Below are positions 27,798-38,900 of a stretch of 64,000 nucleotides of DNA, piece after piece (position 1 is the first letter of the stretch; every line of letters starts with the position of its first letter). The position numbers were made by a program, and so were the translations under genes. Under the pieces are notes generated by a model that saw nothing but the letters and a program-made list of their open reading frames with translations, was not told the origin of the DNA and ran no database searches. This stretch comes from Armatimonadota bacterium (GTDB lineage Bacteria; Armatimonadota; SYMT01), in assembly GCA_046292385.1 (NCBI GenBank), contig JBKBRF010000013.1:64001-128000 (forward strand), read 5' to 3'.

Positions 27798-30700
27798 CTA
27801 CTTCCCCTGCAGCGTCACCTTCGCTTCTCCGGTGGCGATCCGGACCGTCGGCACGTACATGTCGCTCGCTACCGCCGGGAGGGCGCGGAAGGTGCCGGCG
27901 GTCTCCGGGCGGACGTAGTACTCCAGCACGTGCGTGCCCTTCTCGACCGTGCGCATGAAGAAGCTCACGCGGTCGTCTCGCACGTCCTGGTGCGCCCACC
28001 AGTTGTCCCACGGGCCGACCTCCACGTCGCCGCGGTCCTGGACCTCCCACCCGGTGGGGCGGAAGTCTTCCAGCATCATGAACTCCAGCGGCCGGTCGGT
28101 CTTGAGCGTCAGGCGGACCAGGACGCGGTCGCCCACCTGGAAGCGGTCGGCCGGACGCGCAGCGGGGAGCACCTGCGGGCGGCCGTGGGCGTCGGCCCGC
28201 GTCTCCAGGCGGAAGTACTCGCGGGTCAGGGAGACCCCCGGCAGCGTGCTTTCTGCCTGGAAGCCCACCGCGGGGACCTGCTGCGTCACCTGCACCGTGT
28301 AGTAGACCGTTCCCTTTCCGGTCTTCTTCAGCTCCAGCCGGCTTCCGCCTCGCAGCCCCTTCAGCTCCACCACCGGCAGCCGGACCACCGTCTCGTCCCG
28401 CAGCGCGTCCTCGGGCGTGGCATCCTCCGCGTGGAGCTTCTTCCCGTTCAGGTAGACGTCGAGGTGGTAGTCCGGCCTCAGCTCGCCGGTCTGCTTCAGG
28501 TAGTCGGTCAGCGCGAAGAGGATCCAGGCGGTGTCCCGGGTGGAGACCCACCGGTTCCCCTGCCGCTGCAGCATGAGCCACTGCACCACACCCGGGATGC
28601 GGCGGTCGGCCGGGTCGACCGCCACCGCCGCCTTCAGCGCCACGGCGGTCGTCTCCACGCGCTGCGGGGTGCCGTACCGGTGCTCGCCGGAGGTCCCGTC
28701 GCTCCAGAACGCGAGGCCGCCGGAGCGCGTGGAGGCTTCCCACAGGTACTCCATCGCCGCCTTCGCCCGCTCGCGCTCGCCCAGCTCGTGCCAGCCGAGG
28801 ACGCGGTAGCCGAGGGAGCGCAGCAGCAGCCGCTCGCGGCGGTCGCCCTGCTCCACGCGCTGCAGCAGGGTCCGCGCTTCCTTTTTCTTCCCGGCCTGGG
28901 CCAGGACGTACGCCATGAACATCTGGTCGTCCGGGCTCACCTTCGGGTTCTCCACCTCCTGCGCGAGCGCGTTGAGACCGTTCTCGTAGATCGCGTCGTT
29001 CAGCTCCAGCCCGGCGCGGCGGGCCTGGGTCATGCCGAAGAGCACGTAGGCGGTCATCCATGGATCGAGAGCGTCGTGGTCGAACCAGCCCCAGCCGCCC
29101 GCCGGCTGCTGGAAGCCGTAGAGCTTGAGCAGGCCGGAGCGCGCCATCTCCGGCACCCGCAGCTCCAGCTCGGGTCGCCGCAGATTCAGCTCCTTCAGCG
29201 CCTGCAGCAGCACCACGTCCGGCAGGAAGCCGCTCATCGTCTGCTCCGTGCAGCCGTACGGGTAGGTGGCGAGGTATTCCAGCGACCCGAGCAGCGCGCC
29301 CGCCAGGGTGGGCGAGAGGCGCACTTCGACTTCTCCGCCGACCGCTCCGGGCTCCACCTCGAACTGCTCGACGACCGACTCGCCGGTGAGGGCGCCGGTG
29401 CGGTGATCCACGCTCTCCCGCGCGAACGGCTGCACCGGCGCGGTGATCTCCACGCCGTCCGAGAAGCCGCCTCCGGAAACCGTGGCGGTGACCTTCGCCG
29501 TGCCGCCCGTGCCGGCCACCGCGTCCCACGAGAGCGGCACCGCCTCACCCGGCTTCAGCCGGAGCTGGCGGCGGCTGTCTCCATTCACCGCGACACCTTC
29601 GGCGCGCAGATCCGCGGTCGCGTTCAGCTCGCGGTCGGAGTAGTTGTGCGCGACCGCGGTCAGCGTGAAGCGGTCCCCCTCCGTGAGGACGCGCGGGAGC
29701 TGGACCCGCAGCGTCAGCTCCTTCATCACCCGGATGTTGTGCCGCGCCTCGCCGACCTCCGTCTTCGCGGTGTGGCCGACCACGCTCGCGCGCCAGCTCG
29801 TCAGCGAATCGGGAAGGCGGATCTCGACCGTCGCGCGGCCGCCGGCGTCGGTGCGGAGCAGCGGGAGCCACTCCGCGGTGTCAGGGAACTCCTTCCGCAC
29901 CTGCACGTCGGCGTCTTTGCTGGCGTCGCCCAGGTAGACGTCCGGGTAGGAGAACTGGGTCTCCACTTCGTTGCGACGGCGGGGGTAGAACGCCTCCCAG
30001 AGGCGGTCTTCCGGCTCCGCGCGGATCGCGTAGACCGACTCGTCGACCAGCCCGAACGAGACCTCCGCCGGCACCGGACGGCCACTCGCGTCGCGCGTGG
30101 TGACGGTGAACCGCGCGGTGTCCCGCGGGTGGTAGACCTCGCGATCGCTCTCCACCGCCACCTGGAGGCGATGGCTGGAGGCGTCGATGTTCAGGCGGGC
30201 GCTGCTCTGTGCGAGCTCGCCGCGCCGGACGAAGCAGGCGCTGACGTAGACGTTTGGCTCGTAACCCTCGCGGATCGGGAAGCGGACCACCGTCGACTTC
30301 CGCTCCAGCTTCACCGTGCGGTACTCCAGCACGTCCTCCGCCTCGATCGCCACGAGCGCCGTGGAGCCCGGCCGGTCGGTGTTCAGCAGCACCTGGGCCG
30401 TCTGCCCGGCCCGGTACTGCTTGCGGTCCGGCAGCACCGCCAGGGTCGGGTAAGTGCGCTGCAGGTCGCCGCCCTCTTCCGTGCTCACCCAGAGGTCGGC
30501 GGTCGTCTCCACCCGGTTGCCGCGCGAGTCGGCGCCGCGAAAGCGCACCATCACCAGTCCCGGCTCCGGCAGGCGCACGGAGAGCCGGGCCATGCCGTCC
30601 GCGCCGGTGCGCAGCTCCTGCGTCAACAGCTCGCGCTCGGTCGACTTCGCGCCGTCCCACTGCTCCAGCACGGCGCTGGCGGTGATCGGCAGGTTCGCGA

Positions 30701-32483
30701 CCGGGCGGTCTTCCATGTCGAGGACCCGCACCTGGACCGGGACCTGCTCGCCCGGCTGGCCGAACGAGCGCTCCGCCCGCGCGTCGAGCCGCACCGCGCC
30801 GGGACTCACCCGGACACTGCCGTTTCCATCCGCGTAGCGATTGCTCGCGTCGGAGACGCCGACTTCGACGTTGTACTGGTACTCCGCCGAGGCATCCTGG
30901 TCCGCCGGCAGGGTGGTGTCGAACTCGAAGCGGGCGGTGCCGTCGGCATCGGTGCGCAGCGTCCCTTCCGTAACGAGATCGCCGTAGGTGTCGGCGTAGC
31001 CGTCCTCTTCCTCGGCGCCGGCTTCCTCACCGTCCCACCAGCTCCAGCGGCGGGCGCGGTAGACGCTGTAGTTGACCTCCGCGTAGCCGACCGGCGCGCC
31101 GTAGTAGTACGACGCCTTCACGCTGACGGGGACCCGGTCGCCGCGGATGTAGTGGTCGCGCGGGAAGGTGACGTCGACCTGCCACTCCGGCTTGCGGTAC
31201 GACGCCACCGCGAACCCGTCCGAGTAGACCTCCTCGCCCAGGCTCACGTTGAGCGTGTACCAGCCGCCGGCCGCCGCGGCGGGAAGCTGGAACGCGCCGG
31301 CGAACGAGCCGCTCTCGCCGAGGGGCACGTCGCCCTCCCAGATGGAGGTGCCCTGCCAGTCGGTCACGCCCACGCCGACCGTCTGCGAGGACGGCAGCGC
31401 GTACGTGGAGCCGCTCGGGCGGCGGACGATGCCCTTGAACTGAACCCGGTGCCCGGGGCGGTAGACGGGGCGGTCGGTGTAGGTGAGCACCCGGTGGGTG
31501 AGCGTCTCCTGGCCGCCGGTCCACGACTGCGTGAAAGCGAGCGAGTCGCCGCGGCGCGCGACCACGTCGACCCGGCCGTTCGCGTTGATCGGGAAGTCGG
31601 CGAGCCCCCGCGCGTCGGTCTGCCGCCCGCCCAGGCGCGCGCTCTCCCCGATCAGGCTCACCTCGGCGCCGGGTACGGGGCTGCCGGTGCGGAGGTCGAC
31701 CGCGTAGGTGAGCACCCGGCCGGGGCGCGACTTCGTGACCAGCGCGAGGTCGGTCACCATCATCCAGCCGAGCGCCGCCTGCCGCTCCCCTTCCGCCTCC
31801 ACCAGGTAGATCCCCGGGGAGAGCCGCTCCAGCCGCTCGTCCTCATAGAAGACCCCCTCCGCGTCCCGCTGCCGCACGGCGTGCACCCACTCCCGCACCC
31901 GGCGCACGTGCGGCCCCTTCAGGATCGGGAAGGAGCGCGGCTGCGCGGTGGCCGCGACCGGGCTCAGGAGCGCGCGGAGGTCCGAGCCGTGCTCCCGCAC
32001 CAGCAGCGCGGTATCGACGGCGTAGAGGCGCATCGGGATGCGGTCGCCCTGGCGGAAGCCGTGCAGCGACACCTTGAGCCGTTCTTCCGGCAGGCAGGCG
32101 CGCTGGTGGATGTTCAGATTCAGGAACGGCGCCGCCGGCTTTAGCTTCAGCTCCGCTTGCGCGACCTTCCCCTCCGCCACGCTCACCTTCAGCGGCACGT
32201 TCTCGTGCACCTGGGCGTGCGTCTCGATCTCGTAGTCGCCCGTCGGGATCCGCGCCAGCTCGAAGGTGCCGTCGGACTTCGTGTCGAGGTACCGCGAGTC
32301 AGCGCCGTCCTTCGGAGTCTTCGGCCGGACCACCAGACCCAGCCCGCCGAGCGGCTGGCCAGTGTCGGTCGTGATACGGCCCCGCAGCGCGCCGACCGGC
32401 TGCTCCTCCGAAAAGGCGTAGGCATAGAGCCCGACGGCCGAGAGCAGCGTCAGAACCACGACGAGAGAAGATCGGGAAAACAT
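27798..32483 (-). CDS. Bacterial alpha-2-macroglobulin family protein with N-terminal carboxypeptidase-regulatory-like domain
   Basis: 'TDRPVYRPG', 'YRKPE', 'LVDESVYA', 'VRKEFPDTAEW', 'LPDSLTSWR', thioester 'YPYGCTEQTMS', 'GGWGWF', 'WVSTRDT', 'DMYVP'. Confidence 0.93.
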   Translation of the reverse strand: MFSRSSLVVVLTLLSAVGLYAYAFSEEQPVGALRGRITTDTGQPLGGLGLVVRPKTPKDGADSRYLDTKSDGTFELARIPTGDYEIETHAQVHENVPLKVSVAEGKVAQAELKLKPAAPFLNLNIHQRACLPEERLKVSLHGFRQGDRIPMRLYAVDTALLVREHGSDLRALLSPVAATAQPRSFPILKGPHVRRVREWVHAVRQRDAEGVFYEDERLERLSPGIYLVEAEGERQAALGWMMVTDLALVTKSRPGRVLTYAVDLRTGSPVPGAEVSLIGESARLGGRQTDARGLADFPINANGRVDVVARRGDSLAFTQSWTGGQETLTHRVLTYTDRPVYRPGHRVQFKGIVRRPSGSTYALPSSQTVGVGVTDWQGTSIWEGDVPLGESGSFAGAFQLPAAAAGGWYTLNVSLGEEVYSDGFAVASYRKPEWQVDVTFPRDHYIRGDRVPVSVKASYYYGAPVGYAEVNYSVYRARRWSWWDGEEAGAEEEDGYADTYGDLVTEGTLRTDADGTARFEFDTTLPADQDASAEYQYNVEVGVSDASNRYADGNGSVRVSPGAVRLDARAERSFGQPGEQVPVQVRVLDMEDRPVANLPITASAVLEQWDGAKSTERELLTQELRTGADGMARLSVRLPEPGLVMVRFRGADSRGNRVETTADLWVSTEEGGDLQRTYPTLAVLPDRKQYRAGQTAQVLLNTDRPGSTALVAIEAEDVLEYRTVKLERKSTVVRFPIREGYEPNVYVSACFVRRGELAQSSARLNIDASSHRLQVAVESDREVYHPRDTARFTVTTRDASGRPVPAEVSFGLVDESVYAIRAEPEDRLWEAFYPRRRNEVETQFSYPDVYLGDASKDADVQVRKEFPDTAEWLPLLRTDAGGRATVEIRLPDSLTSWRASVVGHTAKTEVGEARHNIRVMKELTLRVQLPRVLTEGDRFTLTAVAHNYSDRELNATADLRAEGVAVNGDSRRQLRLKPGEAVPLSWDAVAGTGGTAKVTATVSGGGFSDGVEITAPVQPFARESVDHRTGALTGESVVEQFEVEPGAVGGEVEVRLSPTLAGALLGSLEYLATYPYGCTEQTMSGFLPDVVLLQALKELNLRRPELELRVPEMARSGLLKLYGFQQPAGGWGWFDHDALDPWMTAYVLFGMTQARRAGLELNDAIYENGLNALAQEVENPKVSPDDQMFMAYVLAQAGKKKEARTLLQRVEQGDRRERLLLRSLGYRVLGWHELGERERAKAAMEYLWEASTRSGGLAFWSDGTSGEHRYGTPQRVETTAVALKAAVAVDPADRRIPGVVQWLMLQRQGNRWVSTRDTAWILFALTDYLKQTGELRPDYHLDVYLNGKKLHAEDATPEDALRDETVVRLPVVELKGLRGGSRLELKKTGKGTVYYTVQVTQQVPAVGFQAESTLPGVSLTREYFRLETRADAHGRPQVLPAARPADRFQVGDRVLVRLTLKTDRPLEFMMLEDFRPTGWEVQDRGDVEVGPWDNWWAHQDVRDDRVSFFMRTVEKGTHVLEYYVRPETAGTFRALPAVASDMYVPTVRIATGEAKVTLQGK

Positions 32484-32620
32484 CGGGGCACTCCGGAGCG
32501 GACCTGGGAGACGGCGACGGGCACGGAGCCCTGTATAAGTCTCTCCGGAATCATGGTGCCGCGCCACCCCCGGGAGTTCATCGAAGGCGGTACTCCCGGA
32601 GCTCTCAGTCTCAACCGAAT

Positions 32621-33916
32621 TCAGAGCTCCGCAGGCCTGGCGAGGAGCTCCAGGAAGCGGCTCCGGCTCAGCGCCAGCGTCAGGTCGAGCGTACGGGAAT
32701 CCGGCGGGAGATTGAGGAAGAAGTCGCACTGCATCCCGCCAAGCTGCTGCCGGGCGCTGCTGCTGGTCCCGTAGCCGGCGAAGGTCCGCCCGTGCTCGTC
32801 GGTAGCGCGCAGCGTCAGGCGGTACCCCTTCCGTGGGTTGCGGACCTGCACTCGCACGCGCGGCTTGAGCCAGGCGTTATCCGGCCCGGTCAGCTCCTGG
32901 ATCTGGATCTGTGTGCCCAGGAGCCGGGTGGTCGCGGTGGAGGAGATCACCTCGTTTCTCGCCGGGACTCTCAGACCCTGAACCGTCCACGTCTCCTGGG
33001 GAGCGAAGCGGGCGCGGGCGGTCCGGCAAAGCTCCACCCGCAGCTTCCAGGCGCTCTCGCGCGGCGACAGCGCCGCCGCAAACTGCAGCTCCTGCGCCTT
33101 GCCCCGGCGCACAATGAACCCGTCCCACGGGCTCAGGACGTTCCCGGTGGCGTCACTGACGGTGATTCCCACCGGCTGCCACTCGACGGTCGGCTTCCCC
33201 TCCTGCTCGAACCGGAACGTGGCTCGCGTGTAGGGGGACTCACCGGGCGCCGCGCGCGCGTCGAGCTGACGGTGCCCGAAACCGGTGACCAGCTTCTCCA
33301 GGATACAGGTGAGATCTCCGGCGTTCTTCCGGATCGGGTACGGCTCGGCCGTCCAGACCGGGTGCGGACCCGGCGTGGGATTGTCGACCGCGAACTCCGC
33401 CGCCGGCTCGGAGGATCCGGGACGGAAGTACTGGACCCGCACGATACGGCCACGGCGCGGAAACGCATCCAGCCAGACCGTCAGCCACCGGTTCTGCCCC
33501 GGTATCGCAGCGGGCCACGAGCGGTGGAGAGGGCCGATGCGATCGCCATGCTCGTCCACCGCCTGGGCGGTCAGCGCCACGCCCAGCTCCCAGGGGTGGA
33601 ACCCTCCGGGGACCACGGCGAGACCGCGGCCCCCCGTCCCGTCGGCTGCCGTGAACCAGAGGGCCATACCGTTCGCGCTGTGCTGCCGGTCGCGCGGCAG
33701 TAGGAGCTGGCGCGCCGGGGTCCACCACTTCCACCCGTCGCTAACGGTGAGCCAGTGCTTCTGATACGTAGACCCCTCCAGGGTGAGCACCGTCCCATCC
33801 GGAAAGCGCTGGGCCTGGCGCCACGGCCGGAAGATCAGGAGCCAAACTCCCCCCACGAGGAGCAATGCCACCAGTGCCGCGGCCCCGGCGGCGATCAGAC
33901 GTCCTCGCTGGCGCAT
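32621..33916 (-). CDS. Hypothetical membrane-anchored protein (beta-rich, internally repetitive)
   Basis: GGAG upstream of the ATG at 33916; N-terminal TM; 'A(V/T)DEHG' occurs twice, with 'VSDATGN' between them. Confidence 0.65.
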   Translation of the reverse strand: MRQRGRLIAAGAAALVALLLVGGVWLLIFRPWRQAQRFPDGTVLTLEGSTYQKHWLTVSDGWKWWTPARQLLLPRDRQHSANGMALWFTAADGTGGRGLAVVPGGFHPWELGVALTAQAVDEHGDRIGPLHRSWPAAIPGQNRWLTVWLDAFPRRGRIVRVQYFRPGSSEPAAEFAVDNPTPGPHPVWTAEPYPIRKNAGDLTCILEKLVTGFGHRQLDARAAPGESPYTRATFRFEQEGKPTVEWQPVGITVSDATGNVLSPWDGFIVRRGKAQELQFAAALSPRESAWKLRVELCRTARARFAPQETWTVQGLRVPARNEVISSTATTRLLGTQIQIQELTGPDNAWLKPRVRVQVRNPRKGYRLTLRATDEHGRTFAGYGTSSSARQQLGGMQCDFFLNLPPDSRTLDLTLALSRSRFLELLARPAEL

Positions 33917-34170
33917 CTCCGTTCCTCCCACCCTGCCGGCACGCTGCCTACCCGCTGCGGCATCCCCATCGCAGCAGAAATCGACCGGACTGTTTCCTGC
34001 AAAGCCCCTTCTATTAAAGACCGCCGGAGGGCCTATCAGTTGCGGGCAGAGGCGGGTGCGCTGCTGATTTCGAGCAGCGGCCGCAAGGCGGCGAGGCAGG
34101 AGCGTCTCCCGATCTGGTGCACCCGCCCGCCAGGTAACGAGGGTCCTACGTCCTCGCAGGCCGAAGGCCT

Positions 34171-34309
34171 TGGAGTGCGGAAGCTTGCTCCCGCTTTCGC
34201 CGCCGGCTGCGATCACGGCGCGTCGAAACCTGCGGCAGCTTGCTGTCGCCCGAGAGCAGACTACGGGAACGGCCGGCACCCCAAAGCGACAGCGAGCTGC
34301 CGCACTCCA
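34171..34309. repeat. REP/REPIN-like element with inverted arms
   Basis: TGGAGTGCGGAAGCTTGCTCCCGCTTT ... (partial third copy TGCGGCAGCTTGCTGTCGC) ... AAAGCGACAGCGAGCTGCCGCACTCCA. Confidence 0.8.
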
Positions 34310-34492
34310 CAGTCCGGCCCGAAAGCTGGTCCTGCCTCACCCCAGGGCGTAAATCCGGTCCGCAGCTCTCCGCCCGAGCCTGCGTTCAGAGCCACGCTGC
34401 CCGGCGAGTGAATCGCACCCGGGCCGAGGCGTCTGCGGGTCTCCGCGCCGCCGTTTCAACGAAGAAGATGGCAACGAGCTGCCAAAACGCAG

Positions 34493-34523
34493 CCGGCCCG
34501 CGAAGGCGTGCTTCGCGGGCCGG
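34493..34523 (-). terminator. Hairpin downstream of the DUF1552 gene
   Basis: CCGGCCCGCGAAG-GCGTG-CTTCGCGGGCCGG, a perfect 13-bp stem; GTTTT follows a few nt later on the minus strand. Confidence 0.65.
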
Positions 34524-34558
34524 GGAGCTTAACTTCCGAGCGGGAGGTCTGCCCGACG

Positions 34559-35902
34559 CTAGATCCCGGCGAGGCGGGTGTCGGCGTCGCCGAAGTGCTG
34601 CAGCTTTACGTCCATCCGGTCCATCAGGGAGAGATAGAGGCTGCAGAGCTTGCGGTTCTCGTCGCCGTTCTGCCGGTAGTCGAGCACGCGGCCGGTAGCC
34701 AGGGTGCCGCCGAGGCCGCCGACCGTGAGGACCGGCAGGTGGGTATTGTCGTGCCGGGAGCCGGACCACATGTTGGAGAGCCAGAGGAGGCAGGTGTTGT
34801 CCAGCACCGTCCCCTCGCCTTCCGGAATGGCGTCCAGCTTCTCCGCCAGGTAGGCGAGCTGGCTCACGTAGAAGCGGGAGACGCGCTCGTAACCGTCGGA
34901 GGTGTCGCTGTGGGAGGCCGGATGGTGGGCGTCCCGCACGTCGAGGAACGGATAGAAGAGGCCGGAAAGGTCGCGGCACATCAGCATGGAGGCGATGCGC
35001 GTCTTGTCGGTCTGCAGCGCGAGGGCGACGATGTCGCACATCAGCTTCATGTGCTCGCGCAGGTCCTCCGGCAGGCCGTTGTCCGGCCGCTTCATCGCCG
35101 CGAGCGGCTTGCCCTGCGTCTTCGCCTTGTCGGCCGCCTTGGAGGCGTCGGCACGCATCCGCTGTGCCCGCTGCTCCACCTCGCGCACGCTGTTGAAGTA
35201 CTCATCCAGCTTGGCGCGGTCGGTGGTGCTGATCTTGCCCCGCAGGGTGGCGGCTTCTTCGCGGACGCGGTCGAGGATGCTCTCGGTCCGCCGGCTGCCG
35301 CTGTTCTCGAAGAGGCTGTCGAAGGCGAGGGACGGATAGACCTCCGTCGGCACCGGCGACTCCTCGCTCTGCCAGGAGATGTGCGAGCTGTAGGCCATCG
35401 AGAAGTTGGTCTCGTGGTAGCCGGTGAGCGGCTGCTCGCAGGCAAGCACCAGGCTCGGCTGCACCGTCTCCTGCCCGATGTGGTTCGCCAGCACCTGGTC
35501 GACGCTGATGCCGCCGCGCAGCACGGCGCCCCGCTGCAGCGGCATCCCGGAGAGGATGTTGCCGGTCATGCCGGGGTGGATGCCGACGCCGGTCGACGGC
35601 TTGTTGAAGAGGCCGTTGATGACGTTCAGCCTGGTCTTGAACGGCTCCAAGGGCTGGAGGCTCTTGCTGAGCTCCATCGCCGCGCCCTCGCCCTTCGCCC
35701 ACCAGTGGTTCGGGCTGATGCCGTTCCCCATGAACTGCACCACGAACCGCTTCGGGAACGCCTGGGCGGCCTTGGCCCCCGCGGCGGGCGCGCCCCACAC
35801 CGGGACCGACTCGAGCCACGGCAGGGCCATCACTACGCCCGCGCCATGAAGGAAGACCCGGCGCGAGAGCGGCCGGCGATTGTGCTTGTTGACGTCGCGC
35901 AT
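34559..35902 (-). CDS. DUF1552 (HXXSHH) family protein with Tat-like signal
   Basis: 'LSRRVFLHGAGVVMALPWLES', 'ISVDQVLA', 'SILDRV', 'DRAKLDEYFNSVREVE', 'HHPASH', 'EGEGTVLDN'. Confidence 0.93.
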   Translation of the reverse strand: MRDVNKHNRRPLSRRVFLHGAGVVMALPWLESVPVWGAPAAGAKAAQAFPKRFVVQFMGNGISPNHWWAKGEGAAMELSKSLQPLEPFKTRLNVINGLFNKPSTGVGIHPGMTGNILSGMPLQRGAVLRGGISVDQVLANHIGQETVQPSLVLACEQPLTGYHETNFSMAYSSHISWQSEESPVPTEVYPSLAFDSLFENSGSRRTESILDRVREEAATLRGKISTTDRAKLDEYFNSVREVEQRAQRMRADASKAADKAKTQGKPLAAMKRPDNGLPEDLREHMKLMCDIVALALQTDKTRIASMLMCRDLSGLFYPFLDVRDAHHPASHSDTSDGYERVSRFYVSQLAYLAEKLDAIPEGEGTVLDNTCLLWLSNMWSGSRHDNTHLPVLTVGGLGGTLATGRVLDYRQNGDENRKLCSLYLSLMDRMDVKLQHFGDADTRLAGI

Positions 35903-35906
35903 GGTG

Positions 35907-38900
35907 CTAGTTTTCCACGGATTTCACAGAGGCTACCGGTCCGCGGCGGTACCGGAACTGCCGGCTGGTGACGATGCTCTCCACCAGCGTATCGAAGCGG
36001 TAGTCGTTCGCGGCCAGCCGCGCCCGCATCTGCCGGAGCAGCGGGTCGTCGGACGGCTGCAGGGTGCGTCCCAGGGAATAGGACAACAGCTTGCGGCAGA
36101 GGTTGTCGACAAAATCGTTCTGCCGCTGTTCGCGAATGAAGGCGATCAAGCCGGCGAGCCCCTTCCGGTCCCCGCCGGGGAACGGCGCGGCGGTATCGAC
36201 CGGCTTGCCGCCCAGGTCGCGGGCTCGCACGTCTCCCACCGGCCCGTAGCCCTCGAAAACGAGGCCGTACGAGTCGAAGCGCGCGTGGCAGGGGGAGCAG
36301 GCGGGACTCTCCCGGTGCTTCTCAAGAAGCTGGCGCAGCGTCAGGTCGCCCAGCTTCTCTTCATCCCCCGGCAGCTCCGGCACGGTGGGCGGCGGCGGGG
36401 GGATGTGCTCGCCGAGGACCCGGCGGACCACCCAGTAGCCGCGCTTCACGGGGCTGGTGCGGAGACCGGGCGAGTTCGCGGTCATGAAGACCGCCATCGG
36501 GAGCAGCCCGCCGCGGGAGTAGCGGTCGGCGTTCTCCACCCGCACCCAGCCGTTCTCCGGCACCTTCACGTCGTCCATGCCGTAGTGACGCGCCAGCGGG
36601 GCGTTCACGAAGGTGTGCTTCCCGAAGAGCAGGTCGAGTACCGAGCGGTTCTGCTGGAACGTATCGGTCAGGAACCGGACCGGCTCCTCGAACATCGCCG
36701 TCCGCAGCTCGTCGTTGAAGCTCTTGAACCGCTCGCGGTCGACGGCGTTGTGCTCCTCGAACCGGCGGAAGTCGAGCCAGTTGCCGCCGAACTCCACCGC
36801 GAGGCGGCGGACGCGCGGATCGCTCAGCATGCGCCTTGCCTCCGACGCCAGCACTTCCGGCTGGTGCAGGTCGCCCGCTTTCGCGCGCGCCAGCAGCAGC
36901 GCGTCCGGGGCGCTGGACCAGAGGAAGTAGCTCAGCCGGCTCGCCAGCGCGTAGTCGGAGAGCGGCTGCAGCTTCTGGCCGCTCGGCAGCGTCACCGGGG
37001 CGGGGGCGGCCGCGGCGGCGCTCGCCGTGCGAACCTTCGCGCCGGAAGCGGCGGGGGCCGCCGGCCGCGCCGCGGGCGCGGAGGCTTCCAGGTCGACCCG
37101 GAAGAGGAAGTGGGGCGACATGAGCACGCTCACCACGCCGTCGCGGATCGCATCCTCGTGGCTCAGGCCGTCCTGCTCACGCATGGAGCGGTAGAACCCG
37201 GCCAGGCTCTCCCGCTCCGCCGTGGTGAGCGGGCGGCGGTAAGCGCGCTGGGCGAAGTCGAGCAGCGCCGTGACGTGAGACGGCTCCGCATCCTTGCGGG
37301 CCTTCTCGATGGCGCGGATGCTGCTGTTGACGATCCGGAAGTGCTCCTCGATCGCCTGGATCGTCACCGGCGAGGCGTTGTTCCGCTCCTGGCTGCGGCG
37401 CGCCTTCGCCAGGTAGAGCTCCGCCAGCTTCTTGATCTTCGCCTCGGAGGTGGCGTCGGCGTCTTCCGCCTTGGCGAAGTCGAACATCGGGTCATTGAGC
37501 GTATCGGTCTCCGCGCGCTCGTAGTGGAAGAACTCCAGGTGCATCCGCTCCGGGATGAAGGCGACGAAGTCGAAGTCGAGCCAGAGCCGGTCGAGCTTTC
37601 GGCGCCCCTCCTCGTCCAGGACCAGCTCCATCAGCGGAGTGTCGTCCCGGAAGTAGCCCATCGCGTTGTGCAGCCCGGCGCTCAGCAGGCGGCCCTTGTC
37701 GTTCGGGTCGTCGATGAACATCCGGCCGCGCTCGGAGATGTAAAACGCGTCCGGGAAGACGCTGCAGAACCGGGTGAAGGAGTCGACGAAGACGGCACGC
37801 TCTTTCTCGTCCCCCGGCACGAACAGCTCCGGATCGACCGGGTCGACGATGGTCCGCGTCCCCTCCGCCCGCGCGCCGAAGGTGCTGCTGCGGGTAACGG
37901 TGCGCGGCTTCGGCACTCCGTTCACCTGCAGCGCCTCGACGTTCAGCTTCCGCCGGTGAGAGGCGTACTGGCGGTTCTTCCACATCACGAAGCACTGCCC
38001 GCCCGGGGAGAAACCCGGGAGCCAGAGGTTGTCGAACTTGAACGCCACCTTCTTGCGCAGGCCGGTCACCCAATCGCGGATCGCCGCGCTCATCCCCCGC
38101 GCGGTCTCTTCCGATTTCCCCTGCGGGGCCGGCATCGCGCTCCACATCTGTTGGAGCTTGGCGATCGGGCCAACTTTCTCGCCGGGAGCGGTGAGCGTCT
38201 TCCAGACCGTCTCGAGATAACGCGGGCTGACGCGCGACTGCGCCGCCACGTCGGCCAGACTCGCCTGCGGCATGCCGAGCGCGGCACGGTGGCGGTAGCG
38301 CCACGCCGCGAGGAAGTAGTCCGCCAGGTCGGTCGGCTGCTGCTTGTAGAAGTCGACGATCCGCAGGATGCTGTACTTGTCCCGGTCGGTCGGCGCGAGC
38401 GTGGGGTGCGGCGCGAAGTCGAACCCTTCCGGCTTCAGGACCAGGTGATCGGCCACCGTCCGCGCCGCCTGAACGTACTTCCGGGTCAGCGCGGGGGAGA
38501 CGGTGAGCGACTCGCCGGAGTTGTCGAAGCCCTCCTGGTTGGCGGGGTCGACCGGGAACTCCTTCGTCGGCCGGATGTCGACGCCGGTCAGGTCGCGGAC
38601 GGTGTAGTCGTACTCCGCGTTGCTCAAGCGCCGCGCCAGCACCAGGCCGGGATCGCCCGCGTTCCGGTTCGCCTCGTACTCCCGGAGCGCCTGGATCCAG
38701 CCGATCACCGCCTTCCGCTGCGCCGCGCTCGGCTGCTTGGCGTTGGGCGGCGGCATCTGCTCCACCGCCATCCGCTCCAGCACCAGCGACCAGTGGCCGA
38801 AGTCGCTCGCCACCGAGGCCATGGTGGTGTAGCCGCTCAGGTCGAGCTGGGCCTGCGGCTTGTTCGCCCCGTGGCAGCCGATGCAGTAGCTCTGCATGAA

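Noticed and set aside
27771..32144. Very long antisense or alternate-frame ORFs (for example 27771-32144 +, 35880-39770 +, 24955-27729 +, 59660-62326 -)
   Set aside because: These are shadow ORFs expected at high GC. They overlap well-supported genes and have R/A/G/P/V/H-rich translations without family motifs.
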